In this document: one piece after another, positions 49,849 to 59,723 of the stretch
Position numbering within the stretch: position 1 is the first letter of the stretch
How the letters are laid out: each line of letters opens with the position of its first letter
Origin: Acidobacteriota bacterium
GTDB lineage: Bacteria; Acidobacteriota; UBA6911; RPQK01; JACQSY01
Direction of reading: 5' to 3'
DNA: 64,000 nt
Assembly: GCA_016211085.1 (NCBI GenBank)
Contig: JACQSY010000005.1
Location: 2,599-66,598, forward strand
Position numbers and translations under genes: made by a program
The notes under the pieces: model-generated
The model's input: the letters and a program-made list of their open reading frames with translations, nothing else
The model's database searches: none
Told to the model about the DNA's origin: nothing

Positions 49849-50502
49849 ATGGCCAAGACCAAGATAGTTCTCTTATCACTTGTGTTTTTTGCTTTTTCGA
49901 CTTTTTCAACACCAGGGCAGGATCCCACTGGATCTTCTCCGCTGGCAGAGCTGTCCCGGAAGGAAAAAGAACGCAAAAGGAATGTGGTCAAGAAGGCTCC
50001 GGTCATCAGCAATGCGGATCTGCAAAAATTTGCTGATGCGCGAGTCACCACCAGCCAGCCTTCCGAGCTCCCTTCCGATATAGAAGTAGCCTTAGAAGCA
50101 CCTGCCACGCCCACCGCCGAGGCGCAGCCCGCAGCTGCCAGCCAGAAGCCGCTGACGGAAAAAGACCTTGAGTTCTGGAAGGCAGCATTCAATGAAGCAC
50201 GATTGAATCTCAAGAACGCGGTCAACCTTGATCTGGTCCTGCAGCTTAGAATAAACAACCTTCAGAATGCCTACCTGCGTGAAGATGACGGTGCCACTCA
50301 GGCCTTGTTGCAAAGACAATTACAGGAGACCAGTGATCAGCTGCAACAGAACGTGCTGGAAATAGAAAAAGCGAAAAAGGCATTGGACATTTTGGCGGAG
50401 GAAGCGCGCCGGTCAGGACTCCAACCCGGGGTCGTGACAGAAATGATAGGAGAGCTCCCGGAAACCACCCGGATTCTTCCGGAAATCCCTAATGAGCAAT
50501 AA
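49849..50502 (+). CDS. secreted coiled-coil protein, hypothetical
   Basis: Signal peptide MAKTKIVLLSLVFFAFSTFS, a Pro/Ala/Glu-rich linker, then a long helical Gln/Leu/Glu-rich C-terminus. Confidence 0.55.
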   Translation: MAKTKIVLLSLVFFAFSTFSTPGQDPTGSSPLAELSRKEKERKRNVVKKAPVISNADLQKFADARVTTSQPSELPSDIEVALEAPATPTAEAQPAAASQKPLTEKDLEFWKAAFNEARLNLKNAVNLDLVLQLRINNLQNAYLREDDGATQALLQRQLQETSDQLQQNVLEIEKAKKALDILAEEARRSGLQPGVVTEMIGELPETTRILPEIPNEQ

Positions 50503-50657
50503 GAAAAATCCGCGGGCAAACTCCTGAAATTCCCCGCTCGGGCGGGTCGCACCGCCATCGTGAAATCCGAGGCGCGCACGAAGCGCCAGCGGAGTAAGCG
50601 CTCGTTGGTACTCGCGCCTCGGATCCAGCCGCCGTCGAAGATCTATCCAGCGGGGTC

Positions 50658-53600
50658 TTACCAGGATAGCTTCATCCCCAGCTGAATCTGCCGGGCACTC
50701 GAGACGGTCGAGGTGATTCTTCCCGCTGTTGCCACGGTTCTTCCCACACTGTCGAAAATACTGGATGCCGGCAACGAGAAGTTTGCTCGATTGGTTATGT
50801 TGAAAAACTCCGCCCGGATCGAAAGCGTACAGGCCTCCGAGATGCTCGGCAGGGGGACTGATTTAACCAAACCAAGGTCGAAGTAAGCCAGCCCCGGGCC
50901 GATCACAGTGTTTCTTCCCACATTTCCGTGACGCTCCGGAGGCGCGAAAAGAAAAGCACCGGGATCGAAGTAGCGGTCCGGGCCCCCCAGCACGGGATTG
51001 GCACTTTTCCCCGAAGCCAGGTCGGGCCGGCGCGAGCCTCCCAGAATGGAAGTGGCGGCGCTGGTTCCTTGACTCACCTGGAACGGCACCCCGTCGGTCA
51101 GAACCATAATGCCGTTGACCTGCCAATGCCCCAGAATCTTATCTACCACACCCGTCAGGCCAACCGCGCGGCCGCTTCCAAACGGAAGATCGACCGTAAA
51201 ATTGGCCACAAAGTTGTTCCGGATATCGAAGGAAGAGATCGCTCGATCAAAATGCTTGAACTCCCGGGAAAGAGGCGTACCGGTTCCCCCCCGAATGTTG
51301 CCGGGAGTGTTGGCCCCGGTTCCCTCATCGATGCTCTTGGAGAAGGTATAAGAGATTTGGAACTGAACTCCATTGCTGAACCTGCGGTTCAGTTCCAGGA
51401 GCAGAGCGTGATAAAACGAATCCGAGTCGGTTAACATGAGTGTCATCTTCTCGAATTTTTGATTGCGCCGCACCGGAGTGAGGCTGAACACGGGAAGTCC
51501 ATTTACGATTTTTTCCGGTAAGGCGTCGTTATAATCAGGGCGTCTTGGCAAGTGAACGCCACGAGAGCCTGAATAGCCCACTTTGACGACCGTCTGAGGC
51601 AGAATCTCCCGCTGGAGATGCAAACCGTACTGAATCATGTATTGTTTTTCCACGTCGCTGCCAACCCACTGTGCCTGGTTCGAGAGCGGCACTTGCCGGC
51701 CCTGCTGAGCCCTCAATCGGGTCAACAGTTCGTCAGCCTTGATCGGGAACTGGACCGGACGAAACGTAAAGCTGGAGTACCAAGGAGCCATCTGCCACGA
51801 GTCGTACTGGGCTATCCACCACGACCAGACGTGGTCATAAAAAATTCCCAGACCCGCTCGAACTGACGACTTGCCGTCTCCCTTGGGATCCCATGCTAAT
51901 CCGACCCGCTGGGCAAGCGTCAGGCCGGGATTCTCGTAATAAGGAGAACCAGTGATAATGTCTTCCGCGCCCACCGTGAGGAGCCGGTCTAATGGGAGCC
52001 TGCTTAATCGGTCGTACTTCTCGTTCAGAGTGGTCACGTATTCGCCGCGCAAGCCGAGGTTTAATGTCAGCCTTGGCGAAAGCTGGATATTGTCTTGCAC
52101 GAAAGCGCCCCAGAAGGTCTGGCGAAAAGCCCGATTAACGTCGGAATAGTCGACAAAGGCAATGTCCATGCTGGTGGCGTTTCCTTGCAGGAAACTCTCA
52201 ATGGTGGAAAAGCTCCAGCGCGAGTTCAGGCGCGTTGAATTTAAGCCGTTTTGTTGAATGCGTTGCAGTTGAATCCCTGTTTTCAGAGCGTGCCTGCCAC
52301 GCGTGTAAGTCAGTCCATCGTAAAAATCAAACGTGTTATCCACCCAGTCCCTGGGCTGGATATCATTGGGGCCCAGCGCGGTGAGGCCTGAGACGGAAAT
52401 TTGCGGCAGCCACCGGCCGCGCTGCAGGATGAGGCTGGGATCCACTTTGATGTTTTCAATGATACTTTCAGCAAAGTGGGCGCGTGCAAATCCGGCACGA
52501 AAAGTGTTGAGAAGACGGCTCGAAAAAACGCGATTGTGCTGCAGCGTCAGATACTGGTTGCGGCTGCTCATGGTGTTGGGAAACTGTTGAGTTCGAAACG
52601 GCACCACCCCGCTGCCGTCGTTGATGGTGTAGCGTCCAAAAATAGAATCCTTTTCGGAGAAGACGTGATCCAGCCTGACCATAAAGTAGTCTTCGTCCGT
52701 CACCTGGGTAAAGGGGACGATATATTCGGCCCTGCCATCTCCAAAATCGCGCCCGTTTGGGAGCGGAAAAAGGTCCAGGTAAGGTTTCACCTCGGGTTTG
52801 ATATTGATCTGTCTTCCCCGCACAATTCCTTTTCGCGCATCCAGTGAAGGAACCTGAGAGAAGGTGGTCAATCCTAGACCCTCGCGCAATCCTTCGTAGT
52901 TGGCAAAAAAGAAAGTCTTGTTGGGAACGATGGGTCCCCCGGCTGATGCGCCAAACTGATGGCGTCGAAATTCAGGAGGCTCATCCCTGTCAAAAAAATT
53001 CCTGGCATCCATGTTGTCGTTGCGGTGAAAGTAAAACAAGGAGCCGTTGAAATTGTTGGTTCCAGAGCGTGACACCACATTGATGGTGCCGCCGGAGCCC
53101 CTCCCAAATTCGGCATCGTAAGGATTAGTGATGATCGTAAATTCTCTGATCGCTTCTACGCCCAGAGAGTTGCCGGAAACGCTGGCGGGACCGGTCCCCA
53201 CCACCGACATGGTGGTAGTGCCGTCGATCATGAAAGTATTGGAGGTGGGCTGCGCCCCTGAAATCGCCATGTGGGTGCCGGAGTATCCAACAATGGAGTC
53301 AGAAATATTCTGAACAGACAAGGAGCTGGTTTGCAGCAAGGCGAGGTCCAGGTAATTTCGCGCGTTGAGCGGCAGGTCTCGTATTTTCTTGTCATCAATC
53401 AGACCCATGACCTGAGTGGCCCTTGTCTCAACGATGGGAGCTTCTCCGGAGACCACGATTTTTTCGGATATTTCTCCGACCTCCAGTGTGAAGTTCACCA
53501 CGGCGTCCCGTCCCAAGGTCAGATTGATCCCGCTTCTTACTTCGGTCGAGAAACCCGCCAGCTGAGCCTCCAGTTCATATTTTCCCAGCGGCAGAGTCGG

Positions 53601-53807
53601 AGCGTAGTAACGCCCCTCGTCGTCTGTGAGCAGGGATCTCTCTATTCCGGTATCCACGTTTCGGATCACCACGGTAACACCGGGCAACACTGCTCCGCTT
53701 CGGTCCTTGACGATGCCACTAAAGCTTCCGGTCGTGACCTGAGCCAGACCAATTTGCAGATGAAAAAACCCCAACAAAGAAATCATTAAGAAAATTCTTT
53801 TTCTCAT
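50658..53807 (-). CDS. TonB-dependent outer-membrane receptor with N-terminal carboxypeptidase-regulatory-like domain
   Basis: 1049 aa. Signal peptide, then TTGSFSGIVKDRSGAVLPGVTVVIRNVDTGIERSLLTDDEGRYYAPTLPLGKYELEAQLAGF, a plug and a long beta-barrel ending ...QLGMKLSW. Confidence 0.88.
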   Translation of the reverse strand: MRKRIFLMISLLGFFHLQIGLAQVTTGSFSGIVKDRSGAVLPGVTVVIRNVDTGIERSLLTDDEGRYYAPTLPLGKYELEAQLAGFSTEVRSGINLTLGRDAVVNFTLEVGEISEKIVVSGEAPIVETRATQVMGLIDDKKIRDLPLNARNYLDLALLQTSSLSVQNISDSIVGYSGTHMAISGAQPTSNTFMIDGTTTMSVVGTGPASVSGNSLGVEAIREFTIITNPYDAEFGRGSGGTINVVSRSGTNNFNGSLFYFHRNDNMDARNFFDRDEPPEFRRHQFGASAGGPIVPNKTFFFANYEGLREGLGLTTFSQVPSLDARKGIVRGRQINIKPEVKPYLDLFPLPNGRDFGDGRAEYIVPFTQVTDEDYFMVRLDHVFSEKDSIFGRYTINDGSGVVPFRTQQFPNTMSSRNQYLTLQHNRVFSSRLLNTFRAGFARAHFAESIIENIKVDPSLILQRGRWLPQISVSGLTALGPNDIQPRDWVDNTFDFYDGLTYTRGRHALKTGIQLQRIQQNGLNSTRLNSRWSFSTIESFLQGNATSMDIAFVDYSDVNRAFRQTFWGAFVQDNIQLSPRLTLNLGLRGEYVTTLNEKYDRLSRLPLDRLLTVGAEDIITGSPYYENPGLTLAQRVGLAWDPKGDGKSSVRAGLGIFYDHVWSWWIAQYDSWQMAPWYSSFTFRPVQFPIKADELLTRLRAQQGRQVPLSNQAQWVGSDVEKQYMIQYGLHLQREILPQTVVKVGYSGSRGVHLPRRPDYNDALPEKIVNGLPVFSLTPVRRNQKFEKMTLMLTDSDSFYHALLLELNRRFSNGVQFQISYTFSKSIDEGTGANTPGNIRGGTGTPLSREFKHFDRAISSFDIRNNFVANFTVDLPFGSGRAVGLTGVVDKILGHWQVNGIMVLTDGVPFQVSQGTSAATSILGGSRRPDLASGKSANPVLGGPDRYFDPGAFLFAPPERHGNVGRNTVIGPGLAYFDLGLVKSVPLPSISEACTLSIRAEFFNITNRANFSLPASSIFDSVGRTVATAGRITSTVSSARQIQLGMKLSW

Positions 53808-53825
53808 GGATGCACTCGCCTCGCT

Positions 53826-55547
53826 TTATTCAAACTGAGATGAATATACTGTCTCTCCATCGAGAACAGTCCTGACAATTTTGGTGTCACGGATGCGTTC
53901 GGGGTCGACATTCAACGGGTCCTGGTTCAAGACCACCAGATCCGCCGCTTTGCCCACCTCGAGCGACCCGACTTTCGCCTCATCAAAGTTCAGATACGCC
54001 GCTCCCCAGGTGTAATTTCGGATCGCTTCCCCCACGCTGACTCTTTCATCGGGCTCGCGAACTCCCCCGTCGGGAGTTTTGCGGGTAACGGCAGCCCAGA
54101 TTCCATAAAACAAGTCATACCTGCCTGCCGACTTGCCAACGAGTTCCCACGCAGGCAGGTCAGTGCCATAACCGAGCGGGATTCCATACTTCGAAAAAAT
54201 TTTCTGGGGATTTCGCAAGTTAGTTTGAGAACCGGAAGCAGCGGGTCCGGCGGAAGACTGAGGCTGGATAGAGACGCCTATGTGGAGCCTGGCCATGGTC
54301 TCAAGCGTCTTGACCGGGGGCAAAACGCTAAAGTGATGCACATAGTGCCGGTGATTAGCCCTTGGGAATTCGTTCAGGATCTTTTCCATGCCATCCACCG
54401 CCACCAGGATGGCATCCAGTCCGCTCGCGTGTATCCCCAGCTGCCAGTTAAGTTGATGGGCCCTGCGAGCGACTCGATAAAACGGCTCAGCAGGGATGCG
54501 AAATCCTCCCCTGCCGTCAATGCTCATTTTGAGGGCTCCGATTTTCAGGCGGTCGTTTCCAAAACCGGTGTGAAGCCCGAACGACTCTATGTCACGGATC
54601 GAGGCTTCAACGCCTTCTTTGAGAGGATCTTCATGGTATTCGTACCCCGGCCAGACCCTTAATTGAACAGTGAGCCGGGGTAGTCCGGCTCCCTTTCGCG
54701 CGTAAAGATATTGAAGAGGACCTATCTTGTTGAGCTCCTGGTATCGGTAGGGGTCGTTGGGATCCAGAAGCCTGATGCCGGCGACGTTTGCCGAAGTAAT
54801 TCCCAAGGATAAGAGGTTTGTAATCTGTTTCTCGAGAAAGTCCACAATCTGGTCATCAGTATCGGGACGGGAGGGAGGAACCACCTTGAGCATGAGGCGC
54901 CAGGCCGGCATTTCTTCAAACCTGCCTGTCGGTTCGCCCTTGTCGTTCTTGACCACCCTCCCTCCGGGAGGCGAAGGCGTTGCAGAGGTCACTTCAGCCT
55001 TGCGCAAGGCGAGCGAATTCGTCGTCATCACGTGCGCACCGGTCGTCACCACCACGGGTCGATCCGCTACCACCCCGTCAATTTCCCAACGATTGGGAAG
55101 ATCTATTCCAGAGACATAACCGTATACCCACTCGTCGGGGAGAATCTGTGCCGCGCGGCGCTTGAGAGCCTGGAAAAGCTCGTCACGCGTCTTAAGGTGG
55201 GTCCAATCCTGAACCGTTGACGAATGGCCGGGCGAAAGATGGATATGCCCGTCGTAGAGTCCCGGCATTGCGGTACGCCCTTCAAGGTCAACCAGCCGTG
55301 AATGGGGACCCGCAAGGCTGCGGATCTCATCATTGGTCCCCAGGGCAAGGATCTTACCCTCATAGACCGCCAGCGCCTGGACCACGTCGAAACGGCTGTT
55401 GGCGGTCAGGATTTTACCATTGTGAAAAATTACCTCGGGGCGAATAAGGTCTGATGGGAGGGCCGCCTGCATCCTTGACGCTGCCAGGGGCAAGGCGGAC
55501 AAACCGTAAACGGTCCTGCGAAGAAACTCTCGTCGTCGATGGGACAT
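53826..55547 (-). CDS. Tat-exported amidohydrolase-3 family metal-dependent hydrolase
   Basis: MSHRRREFLRRTVYGLSALPLAA twin-arginine signal. PGLYDGHIHL metal-binding motif. 573 aa. Confidence 0.85.
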   Translation of the reverse strand: MSHRRREFLRRTVYGLSALPLAASRMQAALPSDLIRPEVIFHNGKILTANSRFDVVQALAVYEGKILALGTNDEIRSLAGPHSRLVDLEGRTAMPGLYDGHIHLSPGHSSTVQDWTHLKTRDELFQALKRRAAQILPDEWVYGYVSGIDLPNRWEIDGVVADRPVVVTTGAHVMTTNSLALRKAEVTSATPSPPGGRVVKNDKGEPTGRFEEMPAWRLMLKVVPPSRPDTDDQIVDFLEKQITNLLSLGITSANVAGIRLLDPNDPYRYQELNKIGPLQYLYARKGAGLPRLTVQLRVWPGYEYHEDPLKEGVEASIRDIESFGLHTGFGNDRLKIGALKMSIDGRGGFRIPAEPFYRVARRAHQLNWQLGIHASGLDAILVAVDGMEKILNEFPRANHRHYVHHFSVLPPVKTLETMARLHIGVSIQPQSSAGPAASGSQTNLRNPQKIFSKYGIPLGYGTDLPAWELVGKSAGRYDLFYGIWAAVTRKTPDGGVREPDERVSVGEAIRNYTWGAAYLNFDEAKVGSLEVGKAADLVVLNQDPLNVDPERIRDTKIVRTVLDGETVYSSQFE

Positions 55548-56132
55548 GGTTTTAACCTTTCCAGTTTGTGCTTTCTTGTCGGAAATGCGCCGCGCAGCGG
55601 AACGTGAGTCGTCGTTCAGTTATAAAGCCGTGTGATATGGAACCTGTATGGCAAGGGTCGCATTGTTTGTGGCTGATTTTATGACCACATCGAAAAGCAA
55701 TCAAGGAGAAACTGGCGCTCAGGTCAATTTCGAATACCTCCTGATTCGAAATGCGACTGACAATAACGCTGTTCGAAGATCTCACTTCCTTCTTTGTACT
55801 TCTTCGGGCGGTCTTCTTGACTTTGCCCAAGGGCCTATCTATGATGCGGCCATAATTTCCCAAGGGTGGAGAAACAGCAGCGTAGCAAACAACCGTCATT
55901 CTCTCCCCCCTGAACTGTGAACAAGGTTTTCTCTCTCACGTTGATTTGAGGTCCAGACTTTTCGTTCCTCTGTAAGGCGGAGGAGACAGGAGACCGTGAG
56001 ATTCGACGCGACCTGGATCGCTCTTCAAACAATTGCTGTTCCAGGCGTTGGCGGCTCCGCGAACAAGGAACAAGTCAAGCTTATCCTCCGCGGCGGTTGC
56101 CGCAGGAATGGACTATGGAAAGGAACCGGCAT

Positions 56133-57566
56133 ATGCGATCAAAAATTTTTGCGCACGCACTTGTTGCTTTTTTTACATTTATCTTCCTAAGGGGAAGCCT
56201 GGCGGCACAGGACACATCCGGCGGCACCTACCCGGCCCCCCGTTATCCGGATCTCTCGCCCCGAACCCAGCAGCAGCTTCTGGAGATCGCGCGGGTCGTG
56301 GTCAAGAAACCCTCCCTGCGTGACCAGCTAAAACCTGGTTACGACATTAGAAAAGGGGAACGCGCGTTGATCATAGTCAACAGTAATTTCGAGCGGCCGG
56401 TGCTTGATGCAATTGTGGCCGCGATTCGCGAAGCCGGAGGCAGACCCGACGTCCTGATCACCGATGCCGCTCCCAAACGCCCTGCCGAAGGGTGGCAGGA
56501 AATTGCGCCGTTTGTGGCTACGGATCGGCCTCGCAGGGCAGACACGCGGAGCGATCCGATTACGCTTGCCACCGTCGGTAAATATGACATCCTGATCCAG
56601 GGCAGTGGAGGGGGCATCCCACATACGCCTTTTCGGTGGGAATACATCCCCTGGGACACCGTGGAAAAATTTATCACCGGAGCTCCCGACTTTCCCTCCG
56701 AGGTCCAGGAACTGATTGACCGCAAAGTGTGGGACATCCTGCAAAAGGCCAAGCGTGTCAGGGTGGTGGATCCCGAAGGGACGGATCTGAGCTGGTCGAT
56801 GAAGCCGGAGTACTTCGACCAGATCCGGCAGCACTGGCCCGGTTATGACGTGGTGCTGAAAGGTCACGTCGGTCTGAGTCCGTTGCAATTTACGCCTCCG
56901 GGCTTTGACGCTAAAGGCGTAGTTGCCGGCACCCTGAATCATGCAGGAACCTTTCCGGCGATGAAACTTTTCATCGAAGGAGGGAAAATCGTCCGCATTG
57001 AAGGCGGCGGGCGTTATGGGGAACTGTGGCAGCAACTGCTGGCTGCTAACAAAGATGCTCAAGTGCCTGGGTTCCCTGGGGCGGGAGCGGGATGGTTTCA
57101 GGAATCATCGCTGGGAACAAATCCCAAGATTGCACGCCTGACGGATACGCTGATAGCAGAAAGGCCCGGCTGGGAACGCCTACGCAGCGGAATTATTCAC
57201 TTCGGCTTTGGACTCACCATCTCCCCCGAGTCACACGTCCGAGCTGAGTACGATCAATACATGCGAGAGCATCCCCAGGTGGCCGACGGACATTTTCACG
57301 TGCACCAGTACTTTGCGACCGTCGAAGTGCTCACGGTTGATGACAAGACCATCAAGATCATTGACAAAGGCCATCTCACGCTCCTGGATGATCCGGAAGT
57401 GAGAACGCTGGCGGCAAAATACGGAAACCCGGACCAGATACTTCGCGAAGTCTGGGTACCTGCAGTTCCCGGCATCAATGCGCCGGGAGATTATCACCGG
57501 GACTACAGTGGCGCGGCAGACGTGTGGATCCGAAATGAAATTGAGTCGAATTACCCCAAGCGATGA
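56133..57566 (+). CDS. secreted hypothetical protein (possibly aminopeptidase-T/M29-like fold)
   Basis: Signal peptide MRSKIFAHALVAFFTFIFLRGSLAAQ, 477 aa. Only weak recollection-level resemblance to M29/NicX-type proteins. Confidence 0.5.
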   Translation: MRSKIFAHALVAFFTFIFLRGSLAAQDTSGGTYPAPRYPDLSPRTQQQLLEIARVVVKKPSLRDQLKPGYDIRKGERALIIVNSNFERPVLDAIVAAIREAGGRPDVLITDAAPKRPAEGWQEIAPFVATDRPRRADTRSDPITLATVGKYDILIQGSGGGIPHTPFRWEYIPWDTVEKFITGAPDFPSEVQELIDRKVWDILQKAKRVRVVDPEGTDLSWSMKPEYFDQIRQHWPGYDVVLKGHVGLSPLQFTPPGFDAKGVVAGTLNHAGTFPAMKLFIEGGKIVRIEGGGRYGELWQQLLAANKDAQVPGFPGAGAGWFQESSLGTNPKIARLTDTLIAERPGWERLRSGIIHFGFGLTISPESHVRAEYDQYMREHPQVADGHFHVHQYFATVEVLTVDDKTIKIIDKGHLTLLDDPEVRTLAAKYGNPDQILREVWVPAVPGINAPGDYHRDYSGAADVWIRNEIESNYPKR

Positions 57567-57897
57567 TTCGACTCGGAATCCGGGGCAGGCACTAAGTGTC
57601 GGCAGCCAAAGGCGGGACGAGAGGCGAAGGCCTGCCCTTCGGTGAGGGGGAGCAACAACGGGACAGCCACGGTCCCGTGTAACCCTCGGGGTGTGAGGTG
57701 GCGGGCGATCGGGCATCGCTCGTCACGGATGACGTGTATGGACATCACTCCTTCTCTCTTTGACCTGTTTTCGCAAGCTCTTCGCAAACGTTCTCACTTT
57801 GAGCGAGGTTACTCAGCTTCGCAGACCGAGGCTGAGTGCTGAGTGTGAGGCAATCGGAAAAACCAGGCGCCTGCCCCTGAATCCGCAGTTCAGAAGC

Positions 57898-58626
57898 TCA
57901 CATCACTTTTTTCTTGGCAAGATACAAGCTGGCAATGCCGGCGGTCAGTGCGTAGCGACCTATTACAACAAAACCGGACTGGAAAAGGAGGGCCGAGAGT
58001 TCGTCAGGGTCGGGGAAGTTCATGACCGAGTCATGGAGATAGCGGTAGGGGCCGCGCTGCCCTGAAATCCAGTCTCCGATTCGAGGAAGGATGTAGTTGA
58101 AGTAGAAACAGTATATCGGTCGAAAGAGCATCAGACCGGGACGTGAAAACTCAAGAATCAGCAATAAGCCTCCGGGGCGCAGCACACGGACCATTTCTTG
58201 GAGACCGCCCGTGTAACTTTCCAAATTCCGCAAACCGAAGGCGATGGTCAGAGCATGAAACGAAGAGGACGCAAAAGGGAGATGCAAAGCATCCCCCTCT
58301 ACCACGGTAATTCGAGAGGAAAGTTTTTTCTTGTCAATCTTGGCTTTGCATAACTGGAGCATGGGATGTGCAAAATCGCATCCGACTACCTGGGCTTGGG
58401 GAGCCAGGTCGAGCGCGAGGTCTCCGGTCCCGGTGCAGAGATCCAGAATGACTGAATTTTGGGGGAGCAACCTGAAGAGACGCCGCGAAGCGACTTGGCG
58501 CCAGTGACGGTCTATGGTGAGAGAGAGAAGATGGTTGAGAAGATCGTAGCGGGGAGCAATCGCTCCAAACATACGGCGCACTTCGTGCGACCTTCTTTGA
58601 GCATGCAGCGCCGGCGAATTCAACAT
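57898..58626 (-). CDS. ubiE: demethylmenaquinone/ubiquinone C-methyltransferase
   Basis: VRRMFGAIAPRYDLLNHLLSLTIDRHWR and the SAM motif ILDLCTGTGDLAL. Confidence 0.92.
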   Translation of the reverse strand: MLNSPALHAQRRSHEVRRMFGAIAPRYDLLNHLLSLTIDRHWRQVASRRLFRLLPQNSVILDLCTGTGDLALDLAPQAQVVGCDFAHPMLQLCKAKIDKKKLSSRITVVEGDALHLPFASSSFHALTIAFGLRNLESYTGGLQEMVRVLRPGGLLLILEFSRPGLMLFRPIYCFYFNYILPRIGDWISGQRGPYRYLHDSVMNFPDPDELSALLFQSGFVVIGRYALTAGIASLYLAKKKVM

Positions 58627-59705
58627 GCGCTCCGCAACTCTTCCCAGATTTCAGAAATTTCCGCTTCCCCGCCAGGCTGAATTAACGTCCTGCCGATCTC
58701 CTTCAGCAATACAACCATGATCTGACCCTCCTTGCGCTTTTTGTCACGCTCCATGGACTCCAGCATGCGCTCGGCGCTGACATCCTCTATGGAAGGCAAG
58801 GGGCCGATCTTACGCACCACGCCTTCGATGTGCTCAGCCTGCTCAGGCTTTAGGAGGCCCTTGGACCGGGAGAGTCGCGTGGCCGCGACCATTCCGTAGC
58901 CGACGGCTTCGCCATGAGTGATGCCCTGAAAGGCATTGACTGCCTCCAGGGCGTGGGCGAAGGTGTGCCCAAAATTCAAAATACGTCTCAAATCGCTTTC
59001 GCGTTCATCCAGGGAGGTGATTTCCGCCTTGATTTCGCAGCAGCGGCCGATCACCTGTTCCAGAATGGCGGGATCTCGTTGCTTTATGGCCTCAAGGTGG
59101 CAATCCAGATAACTCAAGAATTCCGCATCGTAAATGAGACCGTACTTGACGACCTCATAAAGTCCGGATTGGAACTCGCGTTCCGGAAGGCTGCTCAAAG
59201 TGTTGGGATCAATGTAGACCAGATGGGGTTGGTAAAAGGCGCCGATCATGTTCTTGGCCAGGTGGTAATTGACACCGGTCTTCCCTCCCACCGAGCTATC
59301 CACTTGTGAGACCAGCGTGGTGGGCACCTGAATGTAACGTATGCCGCGCAGGAAGGTGGCGGCTGCAAATCCGACGATGTCCCCGGTTACTCCTCCTCCC
59401 AGAGCCACTAGCGTCGCATCACGATCAGCTCCTTGGGCAATCAGGTACGTATAAATGTTCTCCACGGTGACCAGATTTTTATGCTTTTCGCCATCCGGGA
59501 TGAGTATTTCGGTAGCCTCAAAGCGCTCTCTAAGCTGTTCCAGCAGCGACTGCCCATACAGCTGAAATACGTCATCGTTGGCAACGACAAAAATTCTCTT
59601 CCCGACTCTGTTTTTCAGAAACAGGTCACCCGCTTTTTCCAGCAGGCCCGGTGCGATCAAAATATCGTAGCCACGCTCACCCAGGTGTACGTGCACGGTT
59701 TTCAT
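58620..59705 (-). CDS. aroB: 3-dehydroquinate synthase
   Basis: LVALGGGVTGDIVGFAAATFLRGIRYIQVPTTLVSQVDSSVGGKTGVN. Confidence 0.95.
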   Translation of the reverse strand: MKTVHVHLGERGYDILIAPGLLEKAGDLFLKNRVGKRIFVVANDDVFQLYGQSLLEQLRERFEATEILIPDGEKHKNLVTVENIYTYLIAQGADRDATLVALGGGVTGDIVGFAAATFLRGIRYIQVPTTLVSQVDSSVGGKTGVNYHLAKNMIGAFYQPHLVYIDPNTLSSLPEREFQSGLYEVVKYGLIYDAEFLSYLDCHLEAIKQRDPAILEQVIGRCCEIKAEITSLDERESDLRRILNFGHTFAHALEAVNAFQGITHGEAVGYGMVAATRLSRSKGLLKPEQAEHIEGVVRKIGPLPSIEDVSAERMLESMERDKKRKEGQIMVVLLKEIGRTLIQPGGEAEISEIWEELRSAC

Positions 59706-59723
59706 AGGGATTAGATTAGAAGC

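Noticed and set aside
55552-55899. 115-aa minus-strand ORF ending 5 nt before the amidohydrolase start, in a 585-bp divergent intergenic region.
   Set aside because: It has no SD, an odd composition and no recognisable domain. It could be a leader or uORF, but I cannot support it as a gene.
57864-57873. Calling the palindrome CAGGCGCCTG plus T5 a clean ubiEterminator.
   Set aside because: Only 3-4 bp can pair around a minimal loop. That is too weak to annotate as a terminator, so it is mentioned only within the intergenic finding.
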